Notes under the pieces: model-generated
What the model was told of the DNA's origin: nothing
What the model saw: only the letters and a program-made list of their open reading frames with translations
Database searches by the model: none
Assembly: GCA_035626235.1 (NCBI GenBank)
Contig: DASPOB010000029.1
Span: 17,096 to 49,095 of the forward strand
Source of the DNA: Nitrososphaerales archaeon
GTDB lineage: Archaea > Thermoproteota > Nitrososphaeria > Nitrososphaerales > Gagatemarchaeaceae
Length of the DNA stretch: 32,000 nucleotides
Direction: 5' to 3'
Position numbers and translations under genes: made by a program
Shown: piece by piece, positions 23,356 through 31,035 of the stretch
Layout: every line of letters starts with the position of its first letter
Position numbering within the stretch: the stretch's first letter is position 1

Positions 23356-24081
23356 ATGCCAAACAGCCTAGGCTATTGCGGCCCCGACGACAGGGGGCTC
23401 ATCCTACGGCACATAGAAGAGTCCAAGGGGGGAGATAACCTCGCCTCGATTCTGAAGGAGTTTGAAGCGGCCTACCCTTTCCTGCGCCTCATTGCCAGGT
23501 CCACGGGAATGGACGCCTTCGACTACGCGGTGCCTGAAGCCTACTGGATCGGGAACTCGCTGCTCGACAGGGTGGAGACCCCCGAGTTCTACAGGTTCTC
23601 CCACCAAGAGCTGGTGGGCAAGGACCCGAAGGAGGTCAGGAGGTTGTTCAGGTCGGCGGGGGGGAGGGCAAGGCCTCACCACACGTTCTATGTGATGAGC
23701 ACCTACGCGACCTCAAGCGTCGCAGACGGCCCAAGCCTTTCCCAAGACGGGCGCCAGAAGGTCCAGGGGCTGATCAACAATTGCAGAATCTCCTGGGGAG
23801 AGGTGAAAGAGGTAGGTAAGAAGCGGCTGGCCGTCAAGTACGAGCCCGTGTTGCTGGACGACGGAAGGCTGTCCCTCGCCGCCCCTGCGGTCAGGAAGGT
23901 GAGCTACAACCCCGAAGTCGGGTCTTTCTCGAAGGTGAAGCCCGGTGACTGGGTGACCATGCACTGGGACTATGCCTGCGAAGTGATTTCTCCGGCGCAA
24001 CTCCGGAACATCGCCAAGTACACGGCGCTGGACATAGACGCGACCAACAGAATACTGAAGGCCTCTCCGCGAAAGCGTTGA
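23356..24081 (+). CDS. Conserved uncharacterised protein (DUF6390-like, N-terminal PN.LGYCGP motif) with a C-terminal HypC-like domain
   Basis: The 'MPNSLGYCGPDD' motif is present. Residues 143-215 (23782-24000), 'CRISWGEVKEVGKKRLAVKY...VKPGDWVTMHWDYACEVISPAQ', align by eye with the adjacent HypC ('CITKVGKVLSAGKGRAQVEF...VTEGAFVEVFGDLALSVLSPAE'). The family name is from memory. Confidence 0.7.
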   Translation: MPNSLGYCGPDDRGLILRHIEESKGGDNLASILKEFEAAYPFLRLIARSTGMDAFDYAVPEAYWIGNSLLDRVETPEFYRFSHQELVGKDPKEVRRLFRSAGGRARPHHTFYVMSTYATSSVADGPSLSQDGRQKVQGLINNCRISWGEVKEVGKKRLAVKYEPVLLDDGRLSLAAPAVRKVSYNPEVGSFSKVKPGDWVTMHWDYACEVISPAQLRNIAKYTALDIDATNRILKASPRKR

Positions 24082-24096
24082 GCCGGCTCGTCCCGC

Positions 24097-24411
24097 CTAT
24101 TTCATCTTGGAGAGCTGTTCTATGCGGGAGATTCGAGCCTTGTCGAGCATCTCGAATGACTTCTTGAGGTCCGTGAGGGTTTCCACGTTCTCGCCTGACT
24201 CCTTGGCGAGCTGTTGGAAGACGTCCTTGGCCTGGGTATTCGTCTGCCTCGAGGCGAAGCGTTCATAGCTGCTGACAAGGTCCTCTTCGACGCCGATCCA
24301 GTTGACCAGAGTCTCGATAAGAGCTTCGACGTAGCCCGTCTTCACGGTCTCTTCCACCTTCCTCGCGTCGGAAACGGTCTCGACTTCGGCGATTATTCTC
24401 TCTCTCTTCAT
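24097..24411 (-). CDS. Hypothetical acidic all-helical protein (104 aa) downstream of the hydrogenase operon
   Basis: It has an ATG start, no recognisable family, and coding-like G/C third positions. It has its own TATA-like TTTAAAA at 24443-24449. Confidence 0.55.
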   Translation of the reverse strand: MKRERIIAEVETVSDARKVEETVKTGYVEALIETLVNWIGVEEDLVSSYERFASRQTNTQAKDVFQQLAKESGENVETLTDLKKSFEMLDKARISRIEQLSKMK

Positions 24412-24442
24412 GAGACGACAGCACCTGCCGATTTTCGGGCAG

Positions 24443-24449
24443 TTTTAAA
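24443..24449 (-). promoter_or_regulatory. Candidate TATA box (TTTAAAA on the minus strand) for the 104-aa gene
   Basis: The centre is about 35 nt upstream of the ATG at 24411, in the 48-nt gap after the antiporter-like gene. Confidence 0.35.
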
Positions 24450-24459
24450 CGAGTCGTGG

Positions 24460-25893
24460 TCAGACAAGTTGGTTCAGCAGGAGGAACGGCAGAAGGCCGG
24501 TGGCGAGACTCAGCAGGAGCATTAGGGCGGGGGGCGCCAGGTCAGCGGGCTTCCTCGCCTGCACGGACCCATCCCCCTTTCCGAAGACGACGGTGTTGAT
24601 TATCTTGTAGTAGTAACCGATGGAGAGCAGAATGTTGCCGACGACAATGACTGCCAGAAAGAAGAAGGGTCCAGTCTGAGCTGAGAGCAGGGCCCACACC
24701 ACGAGGATTTCGCTCCAGAACATCCCGAACGGGGGAGCACCCATCATCGCGAGCGAGTTTGAGGCGTAGAGGAAGCCCAGCGGCCTGTCCTGCCTCCCCG
24801 AACCCTTGAGTTTCTCGAGTTCCGCGTTCTCGTATGCGGAGTTCTCCTTCCCGAGCAGCATAAAGAAGTTGGACTTCAGGAGGCTGTGATTCCAGATGGT
24901 GAAGACTACGGCGACCAGCCCGGGGAAGCTCAGAGTCGACAAGGCTGCTAGCATGTAGCCCGTCTGGGCCACCGAGCTGAAGGAGAGGATCCGTCTGAGG
25001 TTGGTCTGCGCCAGACCGCTGAGGTTGCCCACCAGCATCGTCACCACGGCCAAGGCAGCAAGGAGGATCTGAATGTCCAGGATGCTAGAGGGAGGGGAGA
25101 CGGCCCCGACCAGGGGCTGTAGAATCTTCAGGATTGCGAAGACGCCGACTCCGGTCACTGCCCCCGAAATCAGGGATGCAGACGGGAGGGGAGCCGCGGC
25201 GTACACGTCCGGGAGCCACGTGTGCAGCGGGACAATCGCAGCCTCGACCCCCAATCCCATGATAAGGACAGCAAGGCCGAAGGCTCCCGCCGATGACCCG
25301 AGCGCCGTCAAGCCGGCTCCCAGCGCTATGGAGCCCGTGGCGGCGTTGATGACGGAGATGCCGTAGAGCGCGAGGAGGCTCCCTATTCCCGCCATGAAGA
25401 AATACTTCATCGTTGCCTCGAGCGAGAGCTGCCCCCTGCCGAAGCTGACCAGACCGTACGCCGCGACGCTCATCCCCTCCCAGAAGAGGAAGAGGGTCAG
25501 GTAGTCCCCGGCGGAGATGACCCCGACCAGCGAGCCCATAAGAAGCAGGACGAGGGCGTAGAACGGGCCGATGTTGTCGGAAGGGCCGAGGTGCCTCAAT
25601 GAGTACAGCGTCACGACGAAACCCACGACCAGGACCGTGAACGCGACGAAGATGCTGAACCTGTCCGCCAAGTAGACCGTCGCCAGCGCGGACGCGGTGG
25701 GCTGGGTTACGATGAAACCTTGGTCAGGGACCCATTCAGAGATCAGAAGGGCAAGGGAGACCAGAATTGCCCCGCCGCAGACAGCTCCGACTGCGTACCC
25801 CCTGCGGCTCCCCTTGCGTCCAGCGGCGAAGTCCGCCAGCAGGGAAAGGACCGCTGCCGCGAAGAGGACTTCCATCACCGAAGTTATCCACAT
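24460..25893 (-). CDS. Antiporter-like membrane subunit (NuoN/NuoM/MrpD family) of the membrane-bound hydrogenase
   Basis: 477 aa and polytopic. The core has proton-conducting-transporter motifs 'FLFWEGMSVAAYGLV', 'PLHTWLPDVYAAAP' and 'LRRILSFSSVAQTGYM'. It starts 2 nt after the NuoL-like stop. Confidence 0.88.
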   Translation of the reverse strand: MWITSVMEVLFAAAVLSLLADFAAGRKGSRRGYAVGAVCGGAILVSLALLISEWVPDQGFIVTQPTASALATVYLADRFSIFVAFTVLVVGFVVTLYSLRHLGPSDNIGPFYALVLLLMGSLVGVISAGDYLTLFLFWEGMSVAAYGLVSFGRGQLSLEATMKYFFMAGIGSLLALYGISVINAATGSIALGAGLTALGSSAGAFGLAVLIMGLGVEAAIVPLHTWLPDVYAAAPLPSASLISGAVTGVGVFAILKILQPLVGAVSPPSSILDIQILLAALAVVTMLVGNLSGLAQTNLRRILSFSSVAQTGYMLAALSTLSFPGLVAVVFTIWNHSLLKSNFFMLLGKENSAYENAELEKLKGSGRQDRPLGFLYASNSLAMMGAPPFGMFWSEILVVWALLSAQTGPFFFLAVIVVGNILLSIGYYYKIINTVVFGKGDGSVQARKPADLAPPALMLLLSLATGLLPFLLLNQLV

Positions 25894-25895
25894 GT

Positions 25896-27641
25896 CTACA
25901 GAACCCCCACCGCGAACAGGACGAACAACGTCATGACCGCAAGAAGAATCAGGGCGGCGTTAGCCTCGAGCAGCCCCGTCTGGATGGACGAAACGGCCTT
26001 TGCCAGAGGCCCGGCGACCCCCCTGTAGATTCCCGAGTACAGCCGGTCGAAGCCGAGGCCCTCCAGCAGCGCCCCCTTCAAGGACTTCATGGTCGGGGAG
26101 GTCGCCGCGAGCTGCTTCGTCTTCTGGGCATACAGCGAGAAGGCCAGGTAGACGACGAGGAGACTCGCTGCGAGGACGGAGAGGGAGGTGGCGAGCGTAG
26201 CCACGTCCGGGAGCCCGAGCGAGGCTATCGGGTAGATTGTCTGAGGATACAGGACGCCCCAGGCAAGTATTACCGAAATCGAGAGCACGATGATGGGGAC
26301 GAGCATCACGGCAGGAGACTCCGAGGCGGTTCCCTTCCCTCTGGGCTGCCCGAAGAAGACCTTGGCGAGGGCCCTGAAGCTGTACAGGCCGGTGGCCGCG
26401 AACGCTAGTATGAGGGCCGCGACCTGCAGTGGTCCAGCCGCGAAGGCCAGCGAGAGGACTGCGTCCTTGCTCCAGAAGCCAATCAGCGGCGGCAGGCCGC
26501 TCATGGCAAGCATTGCTAGCGTGAATCCCACGAAAGTGTACTTCATCTGCTTCCTGAGGCCTCCCATCTCCTCCATGTCTCTGGTCTCCACCGCAGTGAT
26601 CACCGAGCCGGCGGCAAGGAAGGCGAGCGCCTTGAAGAGCCCCTGGCTCACCATGTGATAGGTGGCCGCGACCCCGTTCCCCATCCCCACAGCCGCGAAC
26701 ATGATTCCAAGCTGGCTTATGGTGGAGTAGGCCAGCACGCGCTTCAGGTCCTGTGCACCGAAGGCGCAGACGCCTCCCACGAGGGCGCTCAGGAGACCCA
26801 CGAAGGTGACGATGTAGAGAAGCTCCTGCTGCAGCAGGAACAGAGGGAGCATCCTGACCATGAGGAACACTCCGGCGTTCACCATCGTAGCAGCGTGGAT
26901 TAGCGCCGACACGGTGCTAGGACCTTCCATGGCGTCGGGGAGCCAGCCGTGCAGCGGGACCTGGGCTGACTTGCCCATGGCCCCCACAAGTATCAGCACG
27001 CCCAGAAGGAATACAGTCCCTCCGCCGAGGGTGGAAACCCCCTGGGGCCCGAGGACCGTCGTGAAGCTCGTGGTGCCGAATATCCACCAGACGAGGATGA
27101 CCGCCAGCAGAAGGGCCGCGTCCCCGAACCTGGTCACGACGAATGCCTTCACTCCCGCCTTCCGGGCGGACTCCCGGTCCGTGAAGAATGCGATCAGGAG
27201 AGCGGAGCAGACGCCGACGATTTCCCAGAAGAAGTAGAATTGGATGAGGTTGCCGGCCATCACCAGCCCGAGCATTGCCCCGATGAAGAGGAGTATCAGG
27301 GAGTAGTATCTCGTGAGCCCCTCCCCTCCCTCTTTCTGCATGTAGCCAATGGAGTAGACCACAACCAGAAACGAGACAAACGCGACGAAGGCCGAGACAA
27401 GGACCGAAAGGCTGTCCACCTGAACCTCGATGGACACGCTGAGCGGAGGCAGCCAGAGATGGAGGCTCTCGGTTGCGGGCCCGGCGAAGTCCAGCGCCCC
27501 CAGAGTGGCCAGGACGAGCGACGCGCCGCTCACGACCACCGCGAACCAGCCCCGAAGCCTCTTGTCGACCATTCCCAGGAGGGTCACGAACGGGACTGAG
27601 AGCAGCGGGATGAGCCAGGTGAGCCAGGCGGTGTAGATCAT
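25896..27641 (-). CDS. Antiporter-like membrane subunit, NuoL/MrpA type, with a C-terminal amphipathic helix and terminal TM
   Basis: The true start 'MIYTAWLTWLIPLL' (ATG at 27641) overlaps the NuoK-like stop (ATGA). 'FYFFWEIVGVCSALLIAF', 'PLHGWLPDAMEGPSTVSALIHAATMV' and 'LKRVLAYSTISQLG' are present. The C-terminus is 'GFDRLYSGIYRGVAGPLAKAVSSIQTGLLE' followed by a TM. The first 128 aa of the 709-aa track ORF are rejected. Confidence 0.9.
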   Translation of the reverse strand: MIYTAWLTWLIPLLSVPFVTLLGMVDKRLRGWFAVVVSGASLVLATLGALDFAGPATESLHLWLPPLSVSIEVQVDSLSVLVSAFVAFVSFLVVVYSIGYMQKEGGEGLTRYYSLILLFIGAMLGLVMAGNLIQFYFFWEIVGVCSALLIAFFTDRESARKAGVKAFVVTRFGDAALLLAVILVWWIFGTTSFTTVLGPQGVSTLGGGTVFLLGVLILVGAMGKSAQVPLHGWLPDAMEGPSTVSALIHAATMVNAGVFLMVRMLPLFLLQQELLYIVTFVGLLSALVGGVCAFGAQDLKRVLAYSTISQLGIMFAAVGMGNGVAATYHMVSQGLFKALAFLAAGSVITAVETRDMEEMGGLRKQMKYTFVGFTLAMLAMSGLPPLIGFWSKDAVLSLAFAAGPLQVAALILAFAATGLYSFRALAKVFFGQPRGKGTASESPAVMLVPIIVLSISVILAWGVLYPQTIYPIASLGLPDVATLATSLSVLAASLLVVYLAFSLYAQKTKQLAATSPTMKSLKGALLEGLGFDRLYSGIYRGVAGPLAKAVSSIQTGLLEANAALILLAVMTLFVLFAVGVL

Positions 27642-27946
27642 GCCCGCATCCTCCTTATCTCTGCGGGGTTGAGCGTCCGATACTTCCTGAAGACGGTCAC
27701 TATGACCGCCAGTCCGGCGGCTTCCACCGCGGCCCCGACCAGGATGGACAGGATGACGAACACGTGGATCTGGAGGTCGGGAGGCGCCAGGAGCCCCGAC
27801 GTGTACAGCGCGAGGTTCGCCCCGAACACCGCAACCTGGAACGCCATCATGCTCTTGATTAGGTTCTTGGAGAACGCAATGGACGCGATTCCCAAGAGGA
27901 GCAGAGCGGTCCCAGTCGCCATCAGAATGGCCTCGTCTGGCTGCAT
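27638..27946 (-). CDS. NuoK/MnhC-like small membrane subunit
   Basis: 102 aa with 3 TM. 'LLLLGIASIAFSKNLIKSMMAFQVAVFGANLAL' and '...VGAAVEAAGLAVIVTVFR' are typical of NuoK. Confidence 0.8.
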   Translation of the reverse strand: MQPDEAILMATGTALLLLGIASIAFSKNLIKSMMAFQVAVFGANLALYTSGLLAPPDLQIHVFVILSILVGAAVEAAGLAVIVTVFRKYRTLNPAEIRRMRA

Positions 27947-28429
27947 CTACCCGTTCCTCGCTAGAAGGTTGGCCACGGCCAGCATCGACGAAGCGAAAAC
28001 CGTCACGAGGATCAGCAAGTCCCAAGGCCTGAACTGCCAGGCGAAGCCCATAACGGTAGCCGAGACGTCAGACAGGAGGGTGGTGGGAGCCCCGGCCAGA
28101 CCGGACGTGAGAACGTAGACGCAGGTGACCGCCACCGCGAGTGTAAGGGCAGTCAGGCCCACCGAGACCTTCCCTGCGCCTATGTCGAGCTTAGACTCCC
28201 CCGTAATCAGTATGACAGAGAGCAGGAGGACGGAGACCGCCCCCGCGAACGTCACCATGGTGAGAAGACCCACGAGGACGTCGCCGTATATGGTGAAGAC
28301 GACCCCCAGCATGATCGAGGCGTAGAATAGCGCAATCAGGGAGATGGAGACCTTTCTGGAGAAGAGGGCCACGAGGACTGTCGCCAGGAGGACCCCCGCG
28401 ACAGCCAGCGCTATGTACTCACTTACCAA
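27947..28429 (-). CDS. NuoJ-like membrane subunit
   Basis: 160 aa with about 5 TM. The N-terminus 'ALAVAGVLLATVLVALFSRKVSISLIALFYASIMLGVVFTIYGDVLVGLLTMVTFAGAVSVLLL' has NuoJ-like topology. The position between the I-like and K-like genes fits. The TAG stop abuts the nuoK-like ATG. Confidence 0.7.
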   Translation of the reverse strand: MVSEYIALAVAGVLLATVLVALFSRKVSISLIALFYASIMLGVVFTIYGDVLVGLLTMVTFAGAVSVLLLSVILITGESKLDIGAGKVSVGLTALTLAVAVTCVYVLTSGLAGAPTTLLSDVSATVMGFAWQFRPWDLLILVTVFASSMLAVANLLARNG

Positions 28430-28814
28430 CCACTAGCGCCTTCTTCATGAGGGTCGATTCCTTCTTGAACACTGCGAGCTCGAAGTCCCTCGTGAGGGTC
28501 AGAGCCCCGAACTTGCAGTCATCAACGCACTGCCCGCAGGAGATGCAGGCGAAGAGCTCGAAGCTCGGCCGCTTGATGTCAACCTCCCTGTCCCCGACCT
28601 TCTTCTTGCCTACGGGGACCATGGTGATGACCTGTGCCGGACAGACGATCTCGCAGATGCTGCAGCCGGTGCACTTGACGGGGTCTATGTCGAGCTTCCC
28701 CCTGAACCTCTCTGTGACTACCTTCTTGCCGAACGGGTACTCCACGGTGACGGGGCGTTCCAGGCCGGTCCTGAACATCTCTCCGACTGCCCCGCCGACT
28801 TTTCTTCCTGGCAA
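28419..28814 (-). CDS. NuoI/HycF/MbhN-like 2x[4Fe-4S] ferredoxin subunit
   Basis: 'CTGCSICEIVCP' and 'CISCGQCVDDC' are present, along with an N-terminal 'VEYPF...RFRG'. The start is TTG at 28814; alternative ATG at 28778. Confidence 0.88.
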   Translation of the reverse strand: MPGRKVGGAVGEMFRTGLERPVTVEYPFGKKVVTERFRGKLDIDPVKCTGCSICEIVCPAQVITMVPVGKKKVGDREVDIKRPSFELFACISCGQCVDDCKFGALTLTRDFELAVFKKESTLMKKALVVGK

Positions 28815-28819
28815 GTCTA

Positions 28820-29794
28820 TTACCTCAGCACCACCAGAATGGCGACGGCGAGTTGTGCAAGGCTGAGGGGCGTCAGGATCGTCCAGAAGAGCCGCGTCGC
28901 CTGGTCGATTCTCACCCTGGCCAGGGCGGTCCTTATGACGAAGATAACGAAGCCGACGGCGAAGAGCTTAACGAGGAAGTAGGCCGTGTAGAGGATTGCC
29001 TGTACGGTCGGGTCCGCGCTGAGCACCGGCCCACCAGCTCCGCCAAGAAAGAGGCTCACCGCCAGGGCGGAGAGGAAGGCGTAACTCAGGTTCTTCGTGA
29101 GCTTGACGTAGGCGAGGGTGTTCCCTGAGAATTCTGTCATCCACCCGCCCACGATTTCGGTCTTGGCGCTGGGGATGTCGAAGGGGGGTTTTTCCAGCTC
29201 GGCGAGCGCCGCGATGATGAAGACCGCGAAGGCAACCGGAGCCAGGAAGATGAACCAGAGGTTGGCCTGGGCGCCTGCGATTCCGGCTATGGACAGGTTG
29301 CGGGCGAGCACGGCCGGGGTCACCATGGCAATGATCATCGGGATCTCGTAACTCGTGTACTGGACGACGAGGCGACCGATCGCTATCGTCGAATAGCGGC
29401 CTGCAGAAGCATAACCGAGCATCAACGCCATGAGCGTGGAGAATGCGAGTATGAAGAGCATGAAGAGCAGGTCCAGGGGGTCGTATAGTATGGACTGGGC
29501 GCCCACCACGGGGATGAAGGCCACTCCGATTGCCGGGGCAGCGAAGTACAGCGCCGGCCCCCATCTGAGGACGAAGCTGTCGCTCTCTGCCGGGACGATC
29601 TCTTCCTTGGCCGCGAGCTTGAAGAAGTCGGCCACCGGCTGGAGAATCCCGTAGGGACCGGTTACGACCGGGCCGCGACGTCCCTGCATGCGCGCGGCAG
29701 TCTTCCTCTCAAGCCATTCGAAGAGGAAGGCCAGCCAGACGAAGAAGGTGAGGCCAGGAAAGAGGAGCAGTTGAAGGATCTCCAGCGGGGTCAC
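28820..29794 (-). CDS. NuoH/HycD/MbhM-like membrane subunit
   Basis: 'ERKTAARMQGRRGPV...GILQPVADFFKL' and 'LAELEKPPFDIPSAKTEIVGGWMTEFSG' are NuoH-family hallmarks. The GTG start overlaps the large-subunit stop (GTGA). Confidence 0.9.
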   Translation of the reverse strand: MTPLEILQLLLFPGLTFFVWLAFLFEWLERKTAARMQGRRGPVVTGPYGILQPVADFFKLAAKEEIVPAESDSFVLRWGPALYFAAPAIGVAFIPVVGAQSILYDPLDLLFMLFILAFSTLMALMLGYASAGRYSTIAIGRLVVQYTSYEIPMIIAMVTPAVLARNLSIAGIAGAQANLWFIFLAPVAFAVFIIAALAELEKPPFDIPSAKTEIVGGWMTEFSGNTLAYVKLTKNLSYAFLSALAVSLFLGGAGGPVLSADPTVQAILYTAYFLVKLFAVGFVIFVIRTALARVRIDQATRLFWTILTPLSLAQLAVAILVVLR

Positions 29795-31035
29795 TTGTTG
29801 CCACCCCTCTTGCTGTAGTAGTCAATCCCGTACCTCCTGAGCGCCTCTCCTCCGATAGACCATTCCTTTCCCTTGCTGACGTCAAGCACCGCGATTCGGT
29901 CCATGCATCCGAAGCACGGGTCCATGCCGGTCAGCACGACGGGGACGTCCGCCAGGGTGTGCCCTTTCAGCATCTCCACGCCGGTGAGTATGTTCGCCAT
30001 GGTCGAAGTCCTGATCTTTACCCTCTCTGGAGTGCTACCTCCCGCGGACTTCACGTAGTAGAAGAGCTCACCTCGCGGGGCTTCGACGTGGAACATCGAC
30101 TCGCCGGCCGGGATGGCCCTTGGGATATTGACCTTGAAGTCCCCCGAAGGCATCTTGTCGACGGCCTCCTTGATCATCCTGCAAGAGTCGCGCGCCTCAT
30201 TGAGCCTGATCGAGACGAGGGAGGCAATGTCCCCATCATTGCTCGTCATGACCTCGGGGACGACTTCGTCGTACGCTGCGTAGGGGTCCTCGACCCTGAT
30301 GTCTCGTGGGATGCCCGTGCATCTGAGGAGAGGGCCGACGGTCGACAGGCGCCGGGTCACCTCCTGGTTGATCCGCCCCATCCCCTTCGTTCTGATGGCG
30401 AACGTCTCTTCGCTCTTCATGAGGCCGTCGTAGTAGTTGAGCCTCTTCTCGATGAACCCGGCCTCTGTCTTGAGTTTCTCGGCCATGCCGTCGGGCAGGT
30501 CCTTCCTGACCCCGCCAATGGTCGAGTAGGACTTGTTGACTCTGTTCCCTGTTATCGCCTCGAGCAGGTCGAGGGAGTGTTCCCTGTCCTTCCAGATCCA
30601 CATGAAGAGGGTGTCGAAGCCGGCCCAGTGGCCGATCAGCCCCAACCAGAGGAGATGAGAGTGTATCCTCTCCAGCTCGTGGACCACGGTGCGCAGGTAC
30701 CTTGCCCGCTTTGGGATTTCAAACTGGGTCAGGTTCTCCACCCCCTGGGTGTATCCAAGGCTGTGGGAGAAGCTGCAGATGCCGCAAATCCTCTCTACAA
30801 GATAGACGTTCTTGACCCATGTCCGGTCCTGGGCGGCCCTCTCAATCCCCCTGTGGACGTACCCGATCCTGGGCATCACCTGGACTATCTTCTCCCCCTC
30901 GAGAATGAGCTTGAAGTATTCCGGCTCCTTTAGCGAAGGATGAACGGGCCCGAAGGGCATGGCGCTCTCCGCAGAGTACTCCATGAGCCCGGCGCTCGAT
31001 TCGGTGTAGTGGGCTCCTTCTGAGTTGTCACTCAA
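29791..31035 (-). CDS. Group 4 [NiFe]-hydrogenase large (catalytic) subunit, NuoD/HycE/EchE/MbhL homologue, with a C-terminal extension
   Basis: 'FGPVHPS' and 'GYVHRGIE' are present. The Ni-Fe motif L1 is 'RICGICSFSH' (30763-30792) and L2 is 'DPCFGCMDR' (29896-29922). L2 is followed by 34 aa, 'IAVLDVSKGKEWSIGGEALRRYGIDYYSKRGGNK'. The start is TTG at 31035; alternative ATG at 30984. Confidence 0.92.
   Translation of the reverse strand: MSDNSEGAHYTESSAGLMEYSAESAMPFGPVHPSLKEPEYFKLILEGEKIVQVMPRIGYVHRGIERAAQDRTWVKNVYLVERICGICSFSHSLGYTQGVENLTQFEIPKRARYLRTVVHELERIHSHLLWLGLIGHWAGFDTLFMWIWKDREHSLDLLEAITGNRVNKSYSTIGGVRKDLPDGMAEKLKTEAGFIEKRLNYYDGLMKSEETFAIRTKGMGRINQEVTRRLSTVGPLLRCTGIPRDIRVEDPYAAYDEVVPEVMTSNDGDIASLVSIRLNEARDSCRMIKEAVDKMPSGDFKVNIPRAIPAGESMFHVEAPRGELFYYVKSAGGSTPERVKIRTSTMANILTGVEMLKGHTLADVPVVLTGMDPCFGCMDRIAVLDVSKGKEWSIGGEALRRYGIDYYSKRGGNK

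Noticed and set aside
27642-28025. The N-terminal 128 aa of the 709-aa track ORF (MGLADPRDGF...)
   Set aside because: This region is Arg/Gly/Pro-rich and overlaps the well-supported nuoK-like and nuoJ-like genes in other frames. The NuoL-like hydrophobic sequence starts at the internal ATG at 27641, which forms an ATGA junction with the nuoK-like stop.
29791-31035. The initial reading of the minus-strand operon as an ordinary Fpo/Nuo-like 11-subunit complex (a non-hydrogenase NuoD/FpoD)
   Set aside because: Both CxxC Ni-Fe ligand pairs are intact in the D-like subunit, and the B-like subunit has the hydrogenase-type CxxC motif. A quinone- or methanophenazine-reducing assignment is therefore not supported.
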